Sequence record: SRR22947725_330
Direction: 5' to 3' (one strand)
DNA: 57,185 bases
Shown one piece after another: positions 34,690 to 44,704 of this stretch. The position numbers and the translations under genes are program-made. Within the stretch, counting starts at the first letter, position 1. Each line of letters begins with the position of its first letter. A model generated the notes under the pieces. It worked only from the letters and a program-made list of their open reading frames with translations, did not search any database and was not told where the DNA came from.

Positions 34690-35475
34690 ATGCCCCACGC
34701 TCAGATCAACGGTCAGAAGGTCTACTTCGAAGACACCGGCGGCGACGGACCGCCGGTGATCTTGGCGCACGGGTTCCTAATGGACCATGAAATGTTTGCA
34801 CCGCAGGTCGCTGCGCTGCGTGACACCCACCGTGTCATCACGTGGGACGAGCGTGGCTTTGGACTGACCGAATTCGACGGGCAGCCGTTCTCCTACTGGG
34901 ACTCGGCAGCAGACTGCATTGGGCTTCTCGACCACTTGGGGATCGACCGAGCGGTTGTCGGGGGGATGAGCCAAGGAGGATTCCTGTCACTCCGCGTCGC
35001 ACTGACGGCGCCCGAGCGGGTGCGCGGGTTGATCCTCCTCGATACGCAAGCCGGCCTTGACGACGACGAAACCAAAGCCGGCAATGATGCGATGAATCAT
35101 GTGTGGCTTACAGAAGGGCCCGGCAGCGGGCTCGCCGATGTCGTTGCTTCGATCATCATCGATGACGCTCAGCACAGTCCGGCATGGATCGCCAAGTGGA
35201 ATGAGCGTCCCAAGGAGGCATTCCGTGAGCCGTATCAGTGCCTGACAGGTCGTGATGACATCACCGATCGGCTGAGCGAGATCACGTGCCCCGCCGTAGT
35301 CGTGCACGGTATGGATGACACGGCAATCACCATGGATCGTGCCGAAGTTCTCGCCCGAGGGCTCGTCGGCTGCTCCGGTGTTGTGCAGGTAAGCGGTGCC
35401 CATGCTGCCAACCTCACCAACCCCGAGCCAGTCAACGCAGCAGTCGCCGCGTTCCTCGCCGACCTTCCGGGTTGA
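34690..35475 (+). CDS. Alpha/beta fold hydrolase
   Basis: HGF oxyanion loop, GMSQG nucleophile, GAHAAN. Confidence 0.88.
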   Translation: MPHAQINGQKVYFEDTGGDGPPVILAHGFLMDHEMFAPQVAALRDTHRVITWDERGFGLTEFDGQPFSYWDSAADCIGLLDHLGIDRAVVGGMSQGGFLSLRVALTAPERVRGLILLDTQAGLDDDETKAGNDAMNHVWLTEGPGSGLADVVASIIIDDAQHSPAWIAKWNERPKEAFREPYQCLTGRDDITDRLSEITCPAVVVHGMDDTAITMDRAEVLARGLVGCSGVVQVSGAHAANLTNPEPVNAAVAAFLADLPG

Positions 35476-35480
35476 GAAAC

Positions 35481-36233
35481 ATGGCGCACATTCAAATCTT
35501 TGGTGTCAAGGGACTTCCCGAGATCGAGTCAGGCGCTGATCTGGCCGCCATGATTCACGCAGCGGCGATCACCCAGGGCGATCCGCTTGCTGACGGTGAC
35601 GTTGTCGTCGTGACCTCCAAGATCGTGTCGAAGGCAGAAGGCCGTGGCATCGAGTTGGCAGATGTCGAGGCGTCGCCGTTTGCGACGACATGGGCTGGGA
35701 AGTGGGACAAGGATCCCCGGCTGGTTGAAGTGGTGCTGCGCGAATCGAAGCGCGTGATTCGACAGATTGGTCCGGTGTTGATCACCGAAACCCACCATGG
35801 ATTCTGTTGCGCGAACTCAGGTGTCGATCAGTCGTCGAGTGGGGCCGAAGGACGTGTGCTGGTGCTCCCGGAGGATCCGGATGCGACGTGCAGGGCGCAC
35901 CGCGCCCGGTTTGCCGAGTTGGGTGTCGATGTCGCCGTGATCATGAGCGACACGTTCGGGCGTCCCTGGCGTGAAGGTCAGACCGACATTGCGATCGGGA
36001 TTGCCGGCATGCAGCCGCTGTACAGCTACATCGGGCAGCACGACCCCCACGGACACGAGTTTCGCGTGCAGGAGCTGTGTATCGCCGACGAGCTTGCCGC
36101 AGCAGGTGAACTCGTGAAGGGCAATACGAGCCGCGTCCCTGTCGCGGTGATTCGTGGGCACGAATGGGTGCGTGACGACACTGCATCGTTGGCGCCGGTG
36201 CTGCGGGACAGCGAGAAGGATCTCTTCAGATAG
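35481..36233 (+). CDS. cofE: Coenzyme F420-0:L-glutamate ligase
   Basis: TSKIVSKAEG, ANSGVDQS, LPEDPD, DTFGRPWREG, ADELAAAGELVKG. Confidence 0.92.
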   Translation: MAHIQIFGVKGLPEIESGADLAAMIHAAAITQGDPLADGDVVVVTSKIVSKAEGRGIELADVEASPFATTWAGKWDKDPRLVEVVLRESKRVIRQIGPVLITETHHGFCCANSGVDQSSSGAEGRVLVLPEDPDATCRAHRARFAELGVDVAVIMSDTFGRPWREGQTDIAIGIAGMQPLYSYIGQHDPHGHEFRVQELCIADELAAAGELVKGNTSRVPVAVIRGHEWVRDDTASLAPVLRDSEKDLFR

Positions 36234-37127
36234 ATGTCATTTGCGGTTCGCCAGGCCTGGGACGCGGATCTCGAACGGCTCGTTGAGCTTGCCGTTGACT
36301 GTCAGAGGGACCCCAACCGGAGTTGCCGCTACCTGAGCAGCGATATTGCTGCGCTGCGGACCGAGCTACGGGAAATCGAAGGGGTTGACTCGTGGACCAC
36401 GGCGACCTGGGTTGCGCTCGACGATGCGCGCAACGTGATTGGGTGGATCGCCGCAGAGTCTGATCGGCTGATGGGTCGGGTCTGGTGGTTTGGCCCGTTC
36501 GTGGTCGATGCGGATCTGCCGATTGCCGATGCAATTGCCGATGGCTTGTTTGGCGCTGGTCGCCGCTCTCTTGCGCAGTTCCCTGAACACGAGTTAGCAA
36601 TCGATGCCCGGTCGTCGTGGCTGCAGCGCTTCGCTGAGCGCAACGGTTTTCAGGCCGAGGAGGGGTCCGTGGTGTTGCGTCTGTCGGACCTCCACATCGA
36701 GGTGCCAGGCTCGTCGGTGCGAATCGAGGCGGCGGAGGAGTCGATCGATGCAGAGGTTGTCGCACTGCACGACGCGATCTTTCCGGGAACTCACTCGACG
36801 GGGGCGCATCTGTTCGGGCTGACGGGCGGCCGGCACGACCGTTTCGTGGCGCGCCACGAAGGCGACGTTGTGGGCTACGTCGCAACCGAAGTACAGCACG
36901 ACGGATCGTTGTACATCGACTACGTCGGCGTCTCCGATGCGAGCCGTGGACAGGGGATCGGTCGCGCACTCGTGGGCACAGCGATTCGGGCTCGAGTCGA
37001 CGAGGCAACACACGCCCATCTCACGGTGCGGGTGTCAAATGCGGCGGCTCGGGAACTGTACGCCTCGCTCGGCTTCGTGGAGGAACTCGTCCTGGTTCCA
37101 CATCGCCTCGGTTTCACGCTCGAGTGA
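36234..37127 (+). CDS. Tandem GNAT family N-acetyltransferase
   Basis: C-terminal VSDASRGQGIGRAL and NAAARELYASLGF. Confidence 0.82.
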   Translation: MSFAVRQAWDADLERLVELAVDCQRDPNRSCRYLSSDIAALRTELREIEGVDSWTTATWVALDDARNVIGWIAAESDRLMGRVWWFGPFVVDADLPIADAIADGLFGAGRRSLAQFPEHELAIDARSSWLQRFAERNGFQAEEGSVVLRLSDLHIEVPGSSVRIEAAEESIDAEVVALHDAIFPGTHSTGAHLFGLTGGRHDRFVARHEGDVVGYVATEVQHDGSLYIDYVGVSDASRGQGIGRALVGTAIRARVDEATHAHLTVRVSNAAARELYASLGFVEELVLVPHRLGFTLE

Positions 37128-37169
37128 GCGTCAGGGGGGGCAGGGGTCAGCGTCAGGGGGCAGGGGTCA
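37128..37169. repeat. Tandem G-rich duplication between convergent genes
   Basis: GCGTCA-G7-CA-G4-TCA then GCGTCA-G5-CA-G4-TCA. Confidence 0.7.
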
Positions 37170-38516
37170 GGTGAGGAGTTCTTTGGTGATGCCGTAGAAG
37201 TACTCGGCGGCAAGGCCGAGTGACTCCAGATCGATGCGCTCGTCGTTGCCATGGAAACGCGCGCCGAACGTGGCAAAGTCCATCTTGCCCGAGTAGAGCC
37301 CGGCACCATACGCGACGCTGCCACGTTCTCGGTAGAAGCGGGCATCGGTACCGCCCGTGATCAGGCCCGGAATCAACTTGGCGCCGGGGTAAGCGATCTG
37401 AGTGTGTTTCGTGACGGCATCCCACAGCGGGTTTCCATCACCGTATGCGCATGCGGTGGGGTCGGAGCTCTGGAGCTCGCTGACCTCAACGTGGTCGTAG
37501 AGGTCACCGATTGCATCACGGAGATGTTGCTCGACATCGGCCTTGGTGGTGCCAGGAACGGTGCGGATGTCGACATCGATGTCGATGACGTCGGGGATGG
37601 TGTTGGTCTTCTGCCCACCGTGAATAACGTTGGGAGAAAAGGTGGTGTGCGTCAGGGCATGACACGTGCGGGCGAGGCCAGGAGGGAGCGTCTTCAGCGT
37701 CTCCCAGATCTTGTCGGAGGACTTCATGGCATCGCGCATCTCGTCAGGAAGTCCGAAAGCGTCGACCTGCGCCTCCCAGATCGCATCGATGTGCGCGGAC
37801 GGCTGATACTCGGCGATGCGGCGCACAATCTCGGTGGCCTTGATCAGTGCGTTGTCCGAACCGAACGGCATCGACCCGTGGCCCGGTGTGCCTCGCACCC
37901 GAATGCGGCGCCAGGCAAGACCCTTTTCGCCCACGTTGACCGTGATGGTGCGAGTGCCGTGATCGTCGACCGTCGACCATCCGCCGAGTTCGGTGAGGAC
38001 ATGGTCGGCTTGCATGTCGTCCCAATGGTGCTCGGCCATCCACTTGGCGCCCCAGACGCCACCCGCCTCTTCATCAGCAACGCCGAAATAGATGAGGTCG
38101 CCTTTGGGGCGAAAGCCTTCGTTCGCGAGCTGACGAAAAACGACGGCCATCGTGGAAGTGAGGTTGAGCATGTCGACCGCGCCTCGCCCCCAGACCTCGC
38201 CATCGATGATCTCTGCAGCGAACGGGTCGTGCGTCCAGCCGTCGACGTTGACAGGGACGACGTCGGTATGGCCCATCAGACACAGCGAAGGAGCGTTCGG
38301 ATCTGATCCGGCGATTCGAGCAATCATCGAGTCGCGGCCAGGGCGCGGGCTGTAGGTCTGGATGTCGACACCAGTGCCTTCGAGGTAGCTGACCAGCAGG
38401 TCTGAGTTGCGAGTCTCGTTGCCTGAGTCAGGCGTGCCGTCGTTGACGCACTCATTGCGGATCAGCGCCTGCAGCAGCTCGGTCGACGGTCCAGTGAAGT
38501 CCGCGGCGTTGGTCAT
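37167..38516 (-). CDS. M20/M25/M40 family metallopeptidase/hydrolase
   Basis: GHTDVVP, WGRGAVDM, DEEAGG, GGTDARF, HGNDER. Confidence 0.9.
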   Translation of the reverse strand: MTNAADFTGPSTELLQALIRNECVNDGTPDSGNETRNSDLLVSYLEGTGVDIQTYSPRPGRDSMIARIAGSDPNAPSLCLMGHTDVVPVNVDGWTHDPFAAEIIDGEVWGRGAVDMLNLTSTMAVVFRQLANEGFRPKGDLIYFGVADEEAGGVWGAKWMAEHHWDDMQADHVLTELGGWSTVDDHGTRTITVNVGEKGLAWRRIRVRGTPGHGSMPFGSDNALIKATEIVRRIAEYQPSAHIDAIWEAQVDAFGLPDEMRDAMKSSDKIWETLKTLPPGLARTCHALTHTTFSPNVIHGGQKTNTIPDVIDIDVDIRTVPGTTKADVEQHLRDAIGDLYDHVEVSELQSSDPTACAYGDGNPLWDAVTKHTQIAYPGAKLIPGLITGGTDARFYRERGSVAYGAGLYSGKMDFATFGARFHGNDERIDLESLGLAAEYFYGITKELLT

Positions 38517-38587
38517 GCGGCGAAGCTAGTTCGAAGCCATTGTCCGGTCCACTGCGCAGTGAGGCCAACCGCCACAGGTTCAGTTGA

Positions 38588-39166
38588 TCAGGCGAGCGGA
38601 TCGGGGCGGCCAATGCCCGTCAGGATGGTCTGCCACGCGAGATCGAACTGTGCGGGCGTCAGGGGTCTGGGTGGCAACGTGAGAAGCCAGTCGGTGAGGC
38701 GTTGGCCTTCGAGCGCGACGGTCGCCGCGCCGGAATCAAGCGCGGCAGGCCGTTCTGGCTGGAGTGCACCCCAGTACACCCGGGCGAGGATGTCGCACGA
38801 GAGCCCCGCTCGCGCCGCGAGGTCGTCCACGGGCGATCTCATCACCGCGGCATTGGCCATGTTCTGTGGGTCGGGCGTTTCTGCGTCTTCGGGCCGGCCG
38901 AACATGAGCGTGCTGGCAGCAATGATGCCGCAGGGGCCAATCATGACCTGATCGACGCCGCCGAGTCGGTCGGCGCTGATTTCGAGCACGAAACGCCAGG
39001 GTGGCGATGGAAGCTGCTGCAGGCGCTCGCTGGTCAACCTCGCGCCGTTGATCTGGCGCGCCTCGGAGCCGACCTGCATCGAAGCGATGTACCGGCGATA
39101 CGCCGTGTACCCGCCGACAATCAGGGCAGCCAGCACAATCAGCGAAAGAGTGATGCGGAGGTTCAC
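38588..39166 (-). CDS. Membrane-anchored hypothetical protein, degenerate NERD-like
   Basis: N-terminal TM; VDQVMIGPCGII resembles the NERD core. GTG start with CAGCAT 6 nt upstream. Confidence 0.55.
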   Translation of the reverse strand: MNLRITLSLIVLAALIVGGYTAYRRYIASMQVGSEARQINGARLTSERLQQLPSPPWRFVLEISADRLGGVDQVMIGPCGIIAASTLMFGRPEDAETPDPQNMANAAVMRSPVDDLAARAGLSCDILARVYWGALQPERPAALDSGAATVALEGQRLTDWLLTLPPRPLTPAQFDLAWQTILTGIGRPDPLA

Positions 39167-39263
39167 CACACAATGCTGGCATTGATCTCCAGCCCGATCT
39201 GGGACTGTCGTGAAAGCACAGAAAAGGGTGTGGTGCAGACGATGCTGAGGGGAAGGGAACCCG

Positions 39264-41864
39264 TCAGTTGAGTCGGCGAATCGGTGACTCGTCACGCTGA
39301 TGGCGACGGACGACAGCTTTCACGTCGGTCACGACGGCGCTCGCTGACGTGACGATCACCGGGTTGAGGTCAAGTTCAATGATGCCTGGGTGATCCGAAG
39401 CCAACAATGCTGCTGTGAGAATCAGGTCGACCAGAGCGTGCATCTCGATGTCGGCGTCGGCGAGCGCTGCTGCGACCTTGGTGTCGTCGATCATCGCTGC
39501 TGCGCCGGTGCGCGAGACCGGTGCGATGCGGGTGGCTCGGTCGTCAATGACGTCGGCGTGTACGCCGCCCAATCCGACGGACACGATGACGCCGAGGCGG
39601 TCGTCGTGCTCACAGCGGATTCGAACGTCGAATCCAGGGGTGGTCATTTCTTGAACAATGAGCGTCGCAGCGTCATCGCCCAAAGACTCGACCATTTGCG
39701 CGACTGAATCCGCTACGTCGTCGTCTTCGACCAGATCGAGCGCGATGCCAGCCTTCACCGATCGGCCAACTCCGCGGCGCGCCGCCTTGACGGCGACCGG
39801 ATACCCGATTGAACGTGCTGCCTCGACGGCTGAATCGGGTGTGGCCTCGAGCGCTTTGGCCGTGGTGATGCCGTAGGCCGCGAGCAGATCATGCGTGACG
39901 CGAATTCCGAGACGCACGGGCTCATCATCAGCCCGCCCCTCCAGTTCGTTGCTGATGATGGTGTGCGCGACATCAGGATCGATGGGCGTCACAGGCAGCG
40001 ACCCGGTGTCGGATTCGGAGGCCAACCACTGGCCGTACCGATGCGACCGGGCGAGGACCGCGGCAGCCTGCTCGGGGAAGCTGAAGTTGGGAACTGCGGA
40101 TCCCGGACGAACCGGACCGTCGGCGCTGCCGAGGAGCACGCCAACCACCGGTTTGAGTGCGCCTGTTTCAGCGACATCGATGGCTTCGGACGCATCGGAG
40201 TCAATGTCAGAGGCAACCGCCGGAGCGTGGATGACGAGGACGCCGTCGACGTCGGGCGCGGCCAAGGCCGCTCCCATTGCCTGTCGGAACATCGCTGGCG
40301 TTGCCTCGACCGGCAGCCGGGAAATTGGGGCGTCCAGTCCGGCGCCTTGGAGGGCGGCTGTTGCGAGTGTCGCCGGACTTCGCGAGTTGGTGACGATCCG
40401 GATCGCAGGGCCCCGAAGAACCGGCTGGCTGGAGAGGACCCGCGCGGTGTCGAGGAGAGCGTGGACGGTTGGCACTTCGATCACGCCGGCCTGTTGAAAG
40501 ACAGCACTCCCGATTGCGCCGTCAGCTGCAGAACCGGTGCGCACCGCGACGATGGGGCGACGATGACTGACGCGGCGTGCGATTCGAGCGAACTTTGCCG
40601 GGTTGCCGAACGACTCGGTGTACATCGCGATCACCCGGGTCTGGTCGTCGTCTTCCCAAAATTGAAGCAAGTCGTTGCTGGAGACGTCGCTCTTGTCGCC
40701 GAGCGACACGAACCAGGAGAGTCCCAGGCCGATGTCTCGCGCCTGTCGAAGCACAGCGCCGCCCAGCGACCCGGACTGTAGAGAGATCGCAACGTTTCCG
40801 ATAGGGAGCGCCACGTTGACCAACGCAGCTTGCATCGGATCGTCGCTGCGCAAGGCCGCGGCGCCCATGCTCGAGGGCCCGATGATACGGAGACCGTTTC
40901 GACGCGAACGGGCGACAAGGGCAGCGACGTCGACTGTTGAGTCTCCAGGCGAGGTGGTGTCGACGTCGGTGACAATGATGGCGCCGCGCATTCGTTTGGC
41001 GATGCACTCGTCGATGGTGGCGTCAAGCGCAGCCGGTGGCACTGCCACGATGGCGAGGGACACGTCGTCAGGGACATCGGAGACCGAGGCATAGCTTCGT
41101 TCGCCTCCGACTTGATCGTGGTTCGGATTGACGGCATATGCCGGCACGGAGGAATTCCTGGTGACGTGTCGCCACAGTGCAGCCCCAACCGAATGCTGCC
41201 GATCAGATGCCCCGACGACGACAACCGCCTTGGGAATCAGCAGGCGAGCGACCGCGCGCGAATCAGCGCGTTGCTCGCGCCGCTCGACGCTGTCGAGAAA
41301 TTCGTCGGTGGCGGCGAGGTCCCAGTCGAGGTCGACGACGCCGGAGTCGAAGCCTCGTTTGAGTGGCCAGCCAGCCTTGGAAAACACGGCCAACATGCCC
41401 CGGTTGTCACCGAGGACTTCTGCGGTGAATCGCTCGATCCCGTTTGTTCGAGCGATCGCAGCCAGGTGCTCGAGCAGCAGCGTGGCAACCCCGCGGCCGT
41501 GGTACTCGTCGTCGACCATGAAGGCGGCCTCGGCCTCGTTCCGCCCCGGCCACCGTTCGTAACTTGCCCATGCCGCGAATTCGTCTTGGGACTCAACGGC
41601 AAGCGCTGCTCGATCGACCATGTCAACGGTGGTGAAGTGAGCCAACTCGCTTGCAGACAGGGTCGGCTTGGGAGAGAAGTAGCGGCGATAGACGCTTTGT
41701 TCTGACTGGCGTTCGTGGAATGCGAGCAGGTTCGCGCTGTCGGCTGGAGCGAGTGGACGGATGTACGCGGTGTCGCCACTGCCGAGGACCACGTTGCTTT
41801 CCCAACGCGAAGCGGATGCTGTTATTGGAGCGCCGGTCGCGGGCTGGTGGACGGACTCGATCAC
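39264..41864 (-). CDS. GNAT / acyl-CoA synthetase (NDP-forming)-like / ATP-grasp fusion; Pat-type protein lysine acetyltransferase
   Basis: N-terminal GNAT (YHGRGVATLLLEHL), CoA-binding VGAS..YAVNP, QSG, SLGDKSDV, C-terminal ELDLNPV. Start set to GTG 41864. Confidence 0.85.
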   Translation of the reverse strand: MIESVHQPATGAPITASASRWESNVVLGSGDTAYIRPLAPADSANLLAFHERQSEQSVYRRYFSPKPTLSASELAHFTTVDMVDRAALAVESQDEFAAWASYERWPGRNEAEAAFMVDDEYHGRGVATLLLEHLAAIARTNGIERFTAEVLGDNRGMLAVFSKAGWPLKRGFDSGVVDLDWDLAATDEFLDSVERREQRADSRAVARLLIPKAVVVVGASDRQHSVGAALWRHVTRNSSVPAYAVNPNHDQVGGERSYASVSDVPDDVSLAIVAVPPAALDATIDECIAKRMRGAIIVTDVDTTSPGDSTVDVAALVARSRRNGLRIIGPSSMGAAALRSDDPMQAALVNVALPIGNVAISLQSGSLGGAVLRQARDIGLGLSWFVSLGDKSDVSSNDLLQFWEDDDQTRVIAMYTESFGNPAKFARIARRVSHRRPIVAVRTGSAADGAIGSAVFQQAGVIEVPTVHALLDTARVLSSQPVLRGPAIRIVTNSRSPATLATAALQGAGLDAPISRLPVEATPAMFRQAMGAALAAPDVDGVLVIHAPAVASDIDSDASEAIDVAETGALKPVVGVLLGSADGPVRPGSAVPNFSFPEQAAAVLARSHRYGQWLASESDTGSLPVTPIDPDVAHTIISNELEGRADDEPVRLGIRVTHDLLAAYGITTAKALEATPDSAVEAARSIGYPVAVKAARRGVGRSVKAGIALDLVEDDDVADSVAQMVESLGDDAATLIVQEMTTPGFDVRIRCEHDDRLGVIVSVGLGGVHADVIDDRATRIAPVSRTGAAAMIDDTKVAAALADADIEMHALVDLILTAALLASDHPGIIELDLNPVIVTSASAVVTDVKAVVRRHQRDESPIRRLN

Positions 41865-41973
41865 GTCACCAGCATGGCACTCTCGCCAGTGGATTGCTGG
41901 CCCGGTCGGGGTGACCGATATGCACCTCGTCTGCTGGGCCGTTGTGAGGGGGCGAAGTCCGTAAGGTGGGAGC

Positions 41974-42984
41974 GTGGGCGTACCGATTGTTGTCTTCACC
42001 TCGGCGGAACTGGACCAACACCTCACGCCATTTGGACATCCGGAACATCCGGGCAGGCTCGACGCGTCGCTGGCAGGAATCAGCGAGGCGGGTTTGTTGG
42101 ATGCGGTGTCGTTTCGTGTGCCGCGACTGGCGACGGCGACGGAAATCAACCTCGCGCACACGACTCGCCACATCGACAGAATGCGGTCGCTGAGCGAACA
42201 GGGAGGCGGAGAAATCGACGGTGACACCTTCGTGTCGACCGGCTCGTGGACGACCGCGACCCGAGCGGTCGGGGCGGTTCTCGATGCTGTCGATGCACTC
42301 CGGGCGGGCGAGTGCGATGTGGCATTCGCTGCGAGTCGGCCTCCGGGGCACCATGCGGTGTCCGACGCTGCGATGGGCTTTTGCCTGTTCAATAACGTGG
42401 CGGTAGCTGCGGCGGCGTTGGCCGAACGCGGAGAGCGTGTTGCGATCGTCGACTGGGACGTGCACCACGGCAATGGCACCCAAGACATCTTCTACGACGA
42501 TCCGAGGGTGCTCTACGTATCAACTCACGAAGCCCCCCTGTACCCGGGCACCGGCCGAGCCGACGAGACCGGCGGTCCAAACGCGCCCATGTCGAACCTG
42601 AACCTTCCCTTCCCCGCCGGCACGCGGGGCGACGTCTTCCGCCGTGCACTCGACGAGGTGGTGGCACCGGTCGTGGAGCGGTTTGCGCCGGATTGGCTGA
42701 TCATTTCGGCGGGATTCGACGGACACCGCCAGGACCCGCTCGCAGGCCTCGAACTCACCTCGGCGGACTACGCCGACTTTGCCATCCGACTGCAGCAGCT
42801 CGTGGGGCCCGGCCGCACCCTGGTCGCGCTCGAGGGCGGGTACGACCTGGAAGCATTGACCTTGTCGACGGGTGCGACGTTGTCGGCGCTCATCGGCGAG
42901 TCGTATCGCCCGGAAGCTGCGTCGAGCGGTGAGGTCGGTGTGCCGACGATTATGGCTGCTCGCGAAAGGTGGCAACTGGCCTGA
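41974..42984 (+). CDS. Zn-dependent histone-deacetylase-family protein
   Basis: HPEHPGRL, RPPGHHA, GFCLFNN, DWDVHHGNGTQ, SAGFDGH, LEGGY. Confidence 0.93.
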   Translation: MGVPIVVFTSAELDQHLTPFGHPEHPGRLDASLAGISEAGLLDAVSFRVPRLATATEINLAHTTRHIDRMRSLSEQGGGEIDGDTFVSTGSWTTATRAVGAVLDAVDALRAGECDVAFAASRPPGHHAVSDAAMGFCLFNNVAVAAAALAERGERVAIVDWDVHHGNGTQDIFYDDPRVLYVSTHEAPLYPGTGRADETGGPNAPMSNLNLPFPAGTRGDVFRRALDEVVAPVVERFAPDWLIISAGFDGHRQDPLAGLELTSADYADFAIRLQQLVGPGRTLVALEGGYDLEALTLSTGATLSALIGESYRPEAASSGEVGVPTIMAARERWQLA

Positions 42985-43415
42985 TTGAACGCAGTGGTCG
43001 CAGCATTCGGCGGTATTGACTTTGGCTATCGCCGAGATCGCTTGGAAACGTTGAGACCACGCAATCACCGATGCGGCTGCCAAGAAAAACTTGGCTGACT
43101 AGTTGCAGCGGTGGCAGCGCAACCTCTGTTGAGCAGCTTCAGGCAGCTCAAGCGGTCGAGCGGAGGGGCGACCCCGTCCGGTATGACACCCAGGCGTGGG
43201 GCTGGACACCACTATTTGTTCACTTAAAGCGTCGCTGTCGGAGCGGCATCATCTTCGAATGCTGCATCACCGTCGACCCCAAGCGTTGTTGCGAGAAGGG
43301 CGACAACCCGGAAGACCATGAAAAGCGACGAACGCCACTTTTGCTAGTGACCGCTGCAGTTGCGCCGCCGCCGCCTTAAGCCAAGCTCACCAGTAGCCGG
43401 ACCAGTACGTTAGGC

Positions 43416-44594
43416 GTGGTGGATGGCAGTTTGGAGACCGTGCTTGAGTGCACTGACGTTACTGCAATGGTCGAGTTCTTCACCGCTGAACTCGGCTGTC
43501 GACTTGAATTGGTTACGCCGGCTGACGATCCGCATGAGTATGTCGTTTCGTTCGGTGCAGTATGCATTCGTCTGGTCCGCTCAAGTCGCGATGTGCCAGG
43601 GCGACTCCGGTTAACACAATCAGTGGCGAGTTCATCTGGTGGCGTCCAGGCGCTGGTGACTGCACCGAATGGGACGGTCGTCGAGGTTGTAGCGGCCCGA
43701 CGCGACACGGAGGTGCCGACGAACCGACCGTCTTTGTCAGTGGTGCGTGTGGCCGATGGCGACGCTTTCGGTGAAGGGCGCGCTGGGATGAGCTATCGCG
43801 ATTTGCTCCCCGACCGCTGGGGAGGTCGTTTCATTGTGTCGCACATTGTAATTGCCGATGGCGGGAGCGTTAAGGACTACGTCCACTTTCACCGCATCCG
43901 ATTCCAGATGATTTTCGTTGTCACTGGGTGGGTTGAGGTTGTCTACGAGGACCAGGGTGAGCCCTTCAGGATGGTGGCGGGTGACTGTGTGCTTCAGCCA
44001 CCTGAGATTCGACACCGTGTGTTGCGAAGCTCGCCGGGACTTGAGGTCATTGAGGTCGGCTGCCCGGCCGAGCACGACACTCTCGTCGAACACGAGATCA
44101 CGTTGCCGACTGCGACGACCGACGCCGAGCGAGTGTTTGGGGGGCAGCGTTTCGTGCGTCACGTCGCAGCTGTCTCATTACTGACGCCATCCGCGACCTC
44201 TGGTTTCTTGAGTCGCGACACGGGGATTGCTGAAGCAACAGATGGCCTTGCCGATGTTCAAGTGCTCACTCGAACACAACGTCCAGTTGAAGAGCTTTCT
44301 GAAATGGTCCACCTTGGTGAGTTCGCTATGTATGTTGTTTTGACGGGGTCAGCAAGGCTGACAATCAATCATGACGGCGATCAGCGAATGGAGCAGATCG
44401 GTCCCCGAGACGCCGTCGCAATGCCGCCGGGGTCTCATTGGTCGTGGGACCACCGCAGTCATGATCTCGCTGTGCTTCAAGTCGTCCTGCCGAGCGGTTG
44501 CGTTGTGCCGGTTGCGGGAACAGAGCCAAAAAAATCGATGCTCGCTGACTCGCTCGCCGGTGCCGAACGTCCGTCGAGTTCAGTGATCTGGTGA
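43416..44594 (+). CDS. Cupin-domain protein with VOC/glyoxalase-like N-terminus
   Basis: VHFHRIRFQMIFV...GDCVLQPPEIRHRV cupin; FFTAELGCRL VOC-like start; weaker second cupin. Confidence 0.7.
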   Translation: MVDGSLETVLECTDVTAMVEFFTAELGCRLELVTPADDPHEYVVSFGAVCIRLVRSSRDVPGRLRLTQSVASSSGGVQALVTAPNGTVVEVVAARRDTEVPTNRPSLSVVRVADGDAFGEGRAGMSYRDLLPDRWGGRFIVSHIVIADGGSVKDYVHFHRIRFQMIFVVTGWVEVVYEDQGEPFRMVAGDCVLQPPEIRHRVLRSSPGLEVIEVGCPAEHDTLVEHEITLPTATTDAERVFGGQRFVRHVAAVSLLTPSATSGFLSRDTGIAEATDGLADVQVLTRTQRPVEELSEMVHLGEFAMYVVLTGSARLTINHDGDQRMEQIGPRDAVAMPPGSHWSWDHRSHDLAVLQVVLPSGCVVPVAGTEPKKSMLADSLAGAERPSSSVIW

Positions 44595-44704
44595 CCATGC
44601 AGTAAGTCATTGCTTGTAATGCAACAGTGGCAGCCAAGGCGCGAGCACGGCCGAAAGTCCCGGTTGCTGCATCATTCTTCGCTGCTGTTTGCGGTGTAAC
44701 TGCT

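Noticed and set aside
41865-42488. N-terminal 208 aa of the 1074-aa ORF
   Set aside because: Antisense to the HDAC gene; the real start is near GTG 41864.
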